Source of the DNA: Vermamoeba vermiformis
Lineage: Eukaryota
DNA: 20,000 bases
Assembly: GCA_045837725.1 (NCBI GenBank)
Contig: JBEWZL010000266.1
Coordinates: 615,651 to 635,650, forward strand
Direction of reading: 5' to 3'
Below are positions 12,068 to 20,000 of the stretch, piece by piece; the stretch's first letter is position 1, and each line of letters opens with the position of its first letter. Below the pieces are notes generated by a model. It ran no database searches. It saw only the letters and a program-made list of their open reading frames with translations, and was not told where the DNA came from. The position numbers were made by a program, and so were the translations under genes.

Positions 12068-13095
12068 TTATGAGGTAAGAGTTGTCTTCTTTTTCGATAC
12101 TTCCTTCTTGATCAGACCTATTTCTCGTACAGCTTCGTCATATTGCTCCAATAATTTAACAATTTCGGATTTTACAATTTTTGATGCATTTCTAATCTTT
12201 TCCAGCTCAATACGATCTTGCTCTTCGTCACCTGCAGAAAAATATAGCGCTTAGTCTCAATTCCTTACGGACAATCTCTTAAGTACTGCGTTCTTGCTTA
12301 CGTTGTTCGGTCTGTACTTGCACGTTAGTCGATTGCGGATGCGCTTCCAGTATTTTGTAGAAAGTCTCAGTAGGATCTTGAAACACGATGTCTGAGAGCT
12401 TTTCTGAAATAATAGGAACATTCTTCTTCAAAGGTTGGTTGTCAGAAGGATAGAGCTACAAGAGTCGGTTAGATTTGGTGCCACGGAGTGGATCCGAAAA
12501 GCAGAAAAGGCTTACTTTGAGAGTGTGATACAGATCCACAGCTTTCTCAGTAGGATCGGTGAAGTACAATGTAATTGCGAGTTCAAATTCACCCCAGCCT
12601 TCTTCTTCAATCTCAAATGGAGGCTCTTCGATTACTGCAAAGTCGAGGTTAGAATTGCTCATCGCGTGCTTGCATTCTGTCATTAATGCCCTAGGAAATA
12701 GTATTTACCTCTCTTTGGATTGGCGAAGCTTGTGTGTAAATGAAATACAACCTTCTTGATAAAGTACGAGATGTCGTCTTGTGGATTCGGTCCACGGACG
12801 TAGACGCGCCTATAAAATTGAAATACATTATTAACCGTATTATTTGCTTATAATTAAAATCATTTCAGTACTTAATGCAGCTAAAAATGCAGCGATAAAT
12901 AAAGATCCAATTCTTGCTTCGTAATTAACACAGAAAAATTTGGAAAAATGCCAAAAATAATTATTACCATTTATGAGTGCTAGCGCCTTCGCCTGCACGT
13001 CGACCAAGCCAATGCGCCTCTGATCCATAAACGACAGATCGTTCAACAACCACACCTTTTACTTTCTTATCATATTTAAACTTATTCTCGTCCAT
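12068..13095 (-). CDS. YAF9: YEATS-domain acyl-lysine reader (Yaf9/GAS41/YEATS4-like), multi-exon
   Basis: Spliced product MDENKFK..VVYGSEA..STHKWRVYVRG..SYFIKKVVFHLHTSFANPKR..EEPPFEIEEEGWGEFEL..LYHTLKLYP..IVFQDPTE, then a C-terminal coiled coil. Stop TAA 12070-12068. Confidence 0.9.
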
Positions 13096-13328
13096 AGTCG
13101 TCGATAAGGCCTGTAGTTCAATAAAACGAGTTGGAGCACGTTTTCAGGTTTCCAGCACAAGCTAGTTCATGATTGGTTGGTTATTTTGGGTTAGCCGAAC
13201 AACGAGCGAAAGGAAGTTTTGGATATTATTTGAAAAAAAGTCTTTGCGGGCACGACATTAGCATTATTCTATTATATTAGCCCAGCATCGTGTAGTATAA
13301 ATTTGTATTTATAGTAGATTTGATCAGA
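13096..13328. promoter_or_regulatory. Probable bidirectional promoter between the divergent YEATS and Kelch-BTB genes
   Basis: 233 bp between head-to-head ATGs; contains ATTGG (reverse CCAAT) at about 13172 and TATAAAT at about 13296. Confidence 0.45.
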
Positions 13329-16300
13329 ATGGCACAAACCAGTGATGTCCGATGGATAGCCCCGAAAATATCATGGGGTCCTATACCCACTCCTAGAAGT
13401 GCACATTATGCATTTGAGCACGAAGGCAAGATGTACATTTTTGGAGGTGTATTTTCGCAACCGGGCCCGAACGAACGTGACTGCATTTATTCTTTAGACG
13501 CAAGTAAGTAATTTATTATACTTTGAATCATAATGATGAGCCTAAGACTAAATTTGAAATTTTTTAAATTGCATCAAGACAGAAAAATCGTTATCTGTTC
13601 ACGAAGAAATTTAATTTAGCATGAAGTCCAAAATAATTCTGTGCCCTTAAATTTAATATTAAACAAATCCCGTCTTCTAATTACCTCTTGCCAAGCGCAT
13701 CGGTGGAATTCTTATTCTTGAAAACTCAATTCACTCATTCCGAACACGCTTATATTTAGATTCATAATTTATTTTAAATCATCAATAGTCGGTTACTAAC
13801 TAATTTTACCAGAATCGATGGTTTGGAAAGAAAATAAAACAAATGGTGCCTCTCCTCAATTAGAACAACGTCGCAAGGGAAATTGCGTGTATTATAATAA
13901 CCACCTTTACTGCTTTACGTCCGACGGTCGAATCACAACTTGCTTCAAACTCGATCTGAGTAAGAAAATTATAAAATTTGAAATTAAAATTAATATCTCG
14001 CTGTCAGATTCATTCACTTGGGAAAATACAGCGTGCTCGGGCACACCACCGCCATTGGAAGAGACAGCGATGGTTATCATTAACAACACTGTATTCTGCT
14101 GGGGAGGCAATGCACAAGTCGGTACAGCCAATTACACCAACATGCCGTTCTATCGCTGTCCACTCGATACCTTGCAATGGGGCGTCACTCAGGGCAATAA
14201 CACACCGCTGCATCGATCCAATCACGCGATGTTTGTCTACAACGGAGTGTTGCACGTGCTCGGTGGACATTCCTCTTCGCCTTCTTTGCCTTACCCGTCC
14301 ATGGCACTGTTTAAACTCGAAGTGGGCAATGTTTACAGTACTTGGCGAGCTAATGATTTGCGCGGTGTTTCACCTGCAGCCCGCGAAGGTCACACCGCTA
14401 CAGTGTGGAATGTAAGTACTACTAGTGACATCAACAGCAATCTCAATTTATTGACCATACAACAGAACAAAATCATTGTGTTTGGTGGTATTCACCAGAA
14501 CTGGTCTGGTGGCACTGAGCCAATGGATTTCTGCGACACCAACATTATTGACTTGGGGACTGACTCATGGTGGCCTGTCGACCAGATCCGCGGTGGCAGT
14601 CACGCTCCTGCTCCTCGTCACAATCACTCTGCAGTCCTCATTGGCACCAATATTATTATATTTGGTGGTGCTCGCGACGGCAGACAAAGCAATGACCTTC
14701 ACATTTTGTCCCTCACCAACGATAAAAGTGAAGCGGGACTCGAAGCAGCTCTGGCTCAGTCCGCTAGCACTGTCAATAACAAGCCCACAGCGTACGTTTC
14801 AAATGATATTCGTCATTCAAACTCAATTAATTTTTGTTCGTTGCTAGTGCACGTTTAGAAAAGGCGTATAACAACGAGAATATGTTCCCCGATGTGTCTA
14901 TCAAAGTCAAAGACAAGACTTTCTTCGCGCACAAAGCAATTCTCAGTGCACGCTCTTCGGTATTCAAAAAGAGATTCGAAGTTGCCCCTCGATCACGCTC
15001 CAGCTTTGACACCGATGTCTCGCGCTCTGAAATAGAAGTGTCTGCGTCAGAGAAAGAAAAGAAGCCGCTCAGAAGCCCAAAGCCTATTCGTGTTGTAAGC
15101 ACCCAATGTTTGATAGATCTGTCGACTTCGTCTTCCTAACCTTTCTTAGGTGGATTCCCCGAGCCCGGAAAGGAAGAACACAAAAGACAGCTCGAGCAGT
15201 AGCAGCAGTAAGGACGAAGACGTTGTCAAAGAGAAGATTGATTTGTCACCGCAAGCGCAAAAGTTGAACTATTCGATGGAGAAGGGTGAGCAGGATTGTA
15301 CGGTATTTCGGTATTCAAAGAGACGTACTAACAACTCACAGCGCGCATCATCGAAGATATTGCAGTTCCTGACGACTGGTTGGTGGAAGACTTTGAGATT
15401 GTGCTGAAATACATTTACACGGGCAAAGCTACCGTCAAGTCTCAGCAACAAGCTGAACGTGTCTCGGCTATTGGCTTCGAGTACTTGCTCGATAACTTGA
15501 TGAAGTTCTGTCAACGCTCTACTACATTCCCTGCGAGTGTAAGTGAAATAGGGCAGCAAACGCAACGACCTTTCGTGCTAATTTAATTCACAGTTCGCTG
15601 AAGATGACGTGCACATCGCAACACAACTACGTAAAATGGTCGGCAATGCCATTGGTAGCGATCTTTCATTCATCGTTAAGCGCAAGAAGCTCTTCGCGCA
15701 TAAGGTCCTTGTAGCTTGCTTCTCTGATGCTCTCAGCGAAACCTTAATGAGTACGTTGTAATATACGGCACCATTTGAAGACTAACATTTACGTACAGAT
15801 GAGCGAGCTCGCAAATACATTGAAGTGCCATGCATGGACAGCGAGTCACGACACTTGAACTCGTTCATTGAATTCATGCGCCTTGTCTACAGCAATTTCT
15901 CCGTCATATCAGCCACTAAAGTCAAAGGTAACCTTACAATAGCGAGCGGTATTGAACAGTAATTAATCGTCGCGAGCAGAGCTTGACCTCGGTGACTTGA
16001 TGGCAATTGCTATTACTTACAAAGAACCTCGTCTGTACCAAATTCTCGCTCAACCAAACGTCTTGAGCAACGAAAACGTTGGCAGCATTTACGAAGTGGC
16101 CAAAGAAAACAACTTGGAGGCCGTGAGCAAGGTCTGCTTCAACTACTTGAACAAGTACTTCAACACGATTGTGCGCGATCAGAACGTTGTTTCGAAGTGG
16201 AGCCCCGCATTCGTGAAAGAGTTGCTCGCACAGTTTGAAGCTGGCACGAGTAAGTATCATACCCTCGGAGTTAATGATAATTGGCTAGTACTAATTGATC

Positions 16301-16987
16301 ACCAGCCACGTGGAACTGGCTCGACATTCTGTGGTTGGCACACAACAGAGGCATGACCGAGCTCGAAACCAAAGCTGTCGTACAACTGTCACAAAACATC
16401 AACGTTGACAACGTCGTTCAGATCTTGATCGGTGCTCATCACTGCGGTGCCAAGGGCGTAAGTCAATTTACTTGATCTGAAGTTACAGGACGAGCTAATA
16501 ATGTTATTACATTAGCTGCGTAGCGAGTGCGTGGACTATCTGCTGAGACAAAGTGTGGTAATGGAACAATACAGTCGTATTCGTGCGACCAACACGCAAG
16601 TCATCAACTCCTTGTCTGGACTTTCGATTTCACTGAACAACGAAATGTCGCAGAAGGTGTCAACCCAGGTCTCGAACTTGAAAGACCCTGCTTTGAAGAA
16701 CAATAAGAGCTGCACAATCTGCTCGTCAACGTTTTCGCACTTCGGTAACAAAAAGGTACGTCAAACTAACCTTTTTCTAGCCATGTAACGTCAATTCTAA
16801 TCTCGTGTAGCATTCATGCACGCTGTGCAAGAGATTGATCTGCAATGACTGCTTGCAAAAAGGACAAAAGTTGCCAAAGGTGTTCGGCTACAAAGACAAG
16901 TCAAAGAGTGTGTGCGCCACATGCAATCAGTTAGTGAGTTTAATCACCGCATCTCCGGTTCAAGCCGAGGAAACAAAAGCGAAATAA
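13329..16987 (+). CDS. Kelch-repeat + two BTB/POZ (+BACK-like) + C-terminal FYVE-like zinc finger protein (LZTR1-like architecture)
   Basis: Kelch motifs (PTPRSAH..MYIFGG; REGHTA..IIVFGG; PAPRHNHSA..IIIFGG); BTB1 FPDVSIKVKDKTFFAHKAILSARSSVF..LKYIYTG; BTB2 SDLSFIVKRKKLFAHKVLVACFS; 8-Cys finger CTIC..KKHSCTLC..CNDC..CATC across intron 16756-16810. Stop TAA 16985-16987. Confidence 0.88.
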
Positions 16988-17120
16988 ACCGGAATAATTT
17001 TACTACCTTCCAGTCGTCATAACGTTGTGCGACCTTTTTTGTTTGTGAAACAAAATCTGGCCGTAAGAAAATTAATACGCCTCGTGTTTCAAAAAAAGCG
17101 AAAGATTTTTCTAAATAAAC

Positions 17121-18423
17121 ATGGAGGTCAATGATTGGTTCATCAATTCAACGCTTCCCGATGAGTTAATTGATATTTTAATTGCGCACCTTGATTTCCG
17201 TTCTCTGCAGAGGTTTGTTTTCCCGATCTGTTGTTTTTTTTTTTTAACACTAACGGTTATTGGTAGTTTAACTATGGTTAGCAAATTTTGGAACTCAAAC
17301 TCGTGGAGACGGGTAAAATCAATCGAGCTTACCGACACGGAGCTCTGCAGAGCATCGAGAGCATACCCAGGAGCACTACACGTCTTATCACGTCTTATAC
17401 CCCTTCAAATTAGAAATATAATATTTCCTGGTTCCTTTATCGATAGAGCCCTGTAAGTTAATTATATTTCCTAAATTAAAAAAATTAAATTATTATTTAT
17501 TTAGAAATTCGGATTTAGTATTGCTTCAAATGACGAACTTGGTTGGATTAACAGTGCTGCTGCCGCGAGGTGACCGCTGTGATAAAAGCTTCACGAAAAG
17601 GATGTTGACCAGCTTTACCCAGTTGACATCGCTTTTTTTAATGGATTATAACAAATACAAAATAACTCAAATGCCGAAGCTTCGAGAGTTGTGCATGTTT
17701 AACAAACTCATGGACTTGGATTGGATTGAGGAGTTGCCTTTTTTGACATCCCTGGAACTGGAAATTTGGCCCAAATATTCTGCTTCTACCTTGGCTGAAT
17801 CTACAAACTTGCGACATCTTGTTATTCGAGAGTACATGCCCAAGCATTATCATGAAGCTTTAGTGCAGCTGACAAATCTTGAATCACTGTCCTTGTATAG
17901 AACTGAATATCACCAGTGTTTGTCACAACTTAGCAACTTGACAAGGTTGGGAGTTGAGAGTCTGGGAAACCACGATATATTGCCATCGCGTATTATGTCA
18001 TTGTTTCTCCATTTCCCACCTACCATGTGGCCCTCACTTTCATCGCTGCAAGCTTTACATATTGGTAATTAATAGCATAGGTAAACCAGTGTGCACTAAT
18101 TGCCGTGTTTAGCTTATATTCTCAACTTTCATAGTGATGATGCCAAGTTTCTCAGCTCCCTGCCATGCCTACAATCGCTGACAATTCCACATTATACAGA
18201 GGACATTCTGTGCATAACTAATTTGACGCATTTACGATTTGAATCCTCAATTCACCCACTAAATGATGCCTCGTGGTCATTGTTCACTAGTTTCTCAAAG
18301 CTTCAGCTTTTTGAATACGACAGTGAGCAAATAATGCCTGATCAAGTTGCTCAAATATTTCCTTTGGCAAATGTTTTGATTAGACAGTGCAGAGATGTTC
18401 CATCAGATTTTATATATCACTGA
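17121..18423 (+). CDS. F-box + LRR-like repeat protein; introns 17213-17266, 17453-17504, 18065-18112
   Basis: F-box LPDELIDILIAHLDFRSLQSLTMVSKFW after splicing, followed by LTNLESLSL-type repeats. Junctions are GT-AG and in frame. Confidence 0.85.
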
Positions 18424-18842
18424 CAAGAATGATACTGTAAACTACCAAATAACTCATAAAAATAAATTGGCTTGTTTTGGTAATTTTATTTAGCAATTAA
18501 GTGAGCATTCGCTCTACATTGATTGACACTGGGACAAAGTTTTCATAACGGCTAAATAAAGCGTTTATTCCTTTATTTATTAAATTTTGAAATTCAAAAT
18601 TCAAAATTTGAAATTTTATTTAGTCATCGCATTCCTCCAGTTTTTTCGCTGCTGTACAGGGCGTTGGCAACACTGGCGGAATTATTATATACACACAATT
18701 GTCATTTGCTAGAGTTTTATCGGACAGCCAGATATAGCCAACTTGCTTCAGTTTTCACGCCGCCCTGCTCCAGGTACCTCCTGCAAGGCAAAGGCATTGC
18801 AACAGGGTTAGGCAGTGGAACTTTTTCATTCATATATACTAC

Positions 18843-18958
18843 AGGGCTTGGCCAAACAGGGCTAGCCCTCAAACCTATTCAAAAAGTAACGAAATCTTGT
18901 TGTAGTGAGAGCACTCATATATGTAAAAGGGCCTGGCCATATAGGGCTAGCCTTGAAA
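18843..18958. repeat. Imperfect 31-bp direct repeat pair containing the palindrome AGGGCTAGCCCT
   Basis: 18843-18873 agggcttggccaaacagggctagccctcaaa versus 18928-18958 agggcctggccatatagggctagccttgaaa. Confidence 0.75.
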
Positions 18959-18992
18959 AGTTACTAAAATAAACAAAAGTCCCCGTTGAATT

Positions 18993-19020
18993 TTACTTAA
19001 GCAAAATTTTGCTTAGGTAA
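18993..19020. repeat. 28-bp near-perfect palindrome
   Basis: ttacttaagcaaaattttgcttaggtaa: 13 of 14 pairs are Watson-Crick, one is T-G. Confidence 0.85.
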
Positions 19021-19080
19021 TCCCGTACCTAACCCTTACCCGCACTCACAACCAACCTGCAAAAAAATTATGTACCCAGG

Positions 19081-19455
19081 GGTCGTCTCCAGCGCGGAGA
19101 CGATCTGCGAAACAATGCAAAGTCCGTAAGGGTCGTCTCCAGCGCGGAGACGATCTACAAAAAAAAACAAAGTCCGTAAGGGTCGTCTCCAGCGCGGAGA
19201 CGATCTGCGAAAAAATACAAAGTCCCCAAAGGTCGTCTCCAGCGCGGAGACGATCCCCTAAAAAAATTAAGTCAGTACAGGTCGTCTCCAGCGTGGAGAC
19301 GATCTCCTAAAAAAATACGAAGTCCGTATAGGTCGTCTCCAGCGCGGAGACGATCTCCAAAAAAAACAAAGTCCACGCGGGTCGTCTCCAGCGCGGAGAC
19401 GATCTAGTAAACAAAAATTAAGTCCGAAAGGGTCGTCTCCATCGTGGAGACGATC
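19081..19455. repeat. Array of 8 palindromic 25-bp repeats (GGTCGTCTCC-AGCGC-GGAGACGATC) separated by 24-26 bp related but diverged A-tract spacers
   Basis: Copies start at 19081, 19131, 19181, 19231, 19280, 19331, 19380 and 19431. Arms are invariant; only the loops of copy 5 (AGCGT) and copy 8 (ATCGT) vary. Confidence 0.97.
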
Positions 19456-19688
19456 CACAAATAAAAAAAATTAACTTAAAATCGTTTTTATTTTTACCAA
19501 CGCAAGTTACAGAATTGGCAATTCAGGACCGTTTGATCTATGTTTTCAAAAATTAGTGATTTATTTTAGTATTAGTATTAAATAAAATTCAAATCCGAAT
19601 CCTCAGGATTGGATCGAACGAGTATCAACACGAACTTACCAAAATCCGCCGTTAACCCGTTATGGCGGTATATTGTGACAAAAATCGG

Positions 19689-19948
19689 CCCTTGTAAGTC
19701 GATCTGCTGCGTATCTAGATTTCGCTTCGACTTCCATCCAAATAACTCGCGCTGAACGGCCCTGGCTGCCGTGGCGCGTCACTATCAGCTGTTAATAACC
19801 AAAATTACTCGAGATTTGGACCCTTGTGGTCGATCTGCTGACGTTTAAAGAATTCTGACGCGATCATTTTTGCATCAGCTCCAAATCCGTAAAAACTCGC
19901 GCTGGAACGGTGTTGATACCGCGGCGCGTTACTCCATGTTGTAAATAA
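19689..19948. repeat. Two diverged copies of a 110-128 bp module containing a GC-rich hairpin
   Basis: CCCTTGT..GTCGATCTGCTG at 19689 and 19821; AACTCGCGCTG(G)AACGG..CCG(T/C)GGCGCGT(C/T)ACT..TGT(T/A)AATAA at 19744 and 19894. Confidence 0.75.
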
Positions 19949-20000
19949 ATACGCGAACAGTAATAAATTAGTCGTGCTGTTGACATGACAGTTTGATTTG

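Noticed and set aside
1-18423. Pseudogenes, frameshifts or an alternative genetic code to explain the fragmented ORFs
   Set aside because: Short spliceosomal introns restore continuous frames under the standard code wherever I traced the junctions; only the LRR start remains unresolved.
18663-18675. GTTGGCAACACTG resembling a hAT-type terminal inverted repeat
   Set aside because: I found no partner inverted copy or target-site duplication in the window; 13 bp alone is insufficient.
18664-18972. 102-aa ORF upstream of the array
   Set aside because: TTG start, no recognisable domain, and it runs through non-coding direct repeats and palindromes.
19028-19041. Telomere
   Set aside because: Only about two degenerate CCCTAA-like units, internal to the sequence.
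19081-19455. Bona fide CRISPR array
   Set aside because: The spacers are homologous to each other (A-tract plus AAGTC) rather than independently acquired, the context is an intron-rich eukaryotic genome, and no cas gene is in the window.
19081-19455. Synthetic Golden Gate construct (each repeat holds two inverted BsmBI sites, CGTCTC/GAGACG)
   Set aside because: Natural-looking spacer divergence, degenerate flanking units and no vector sequence; the enzyme sites appear coincidental.
19267-19458. 63-aa minus-strand ORF with RRSSPRWRRP repeats
   Set aside because: A by-product of the DNA repeat; the ~50-bp period does not preserve frame.

Overview
Gene-dense eukaryotic (protist-like, possibly amoebozoan; taxon is inference) DNA with short, mostly 41-65 nt GT-AG introns, which is why the ORF track is fragmented. 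By manual splicing: 3' part of an AlkB-family dioxygenase (+), a probable single tandem pseudokinase-kinase gene (+), a VIT-vWA (VWA5A-like) gene (+), an LRR-only gene (-), a secreted type-B carboxylesterase (-), a YEATS (Yaf9/GAS41-like) gene (-), a Kelch-BTB-BTB-FYVE-like (LZTR1-like) gene (+) and an F-box/LRR gene (+). The last ~1.4 kb is non-coding and highly structured. It holds a CRISPR-looking array of 8 palindromic 25-bp repeats at ~50-bp period with invariant arms and diverged A-tract spacers, flanked by further palindromes and a duplicated hairpin module with a compensatory base change. This may be the end of a mobile or endogenous viral element, or an unannotated structured-RNA locus.
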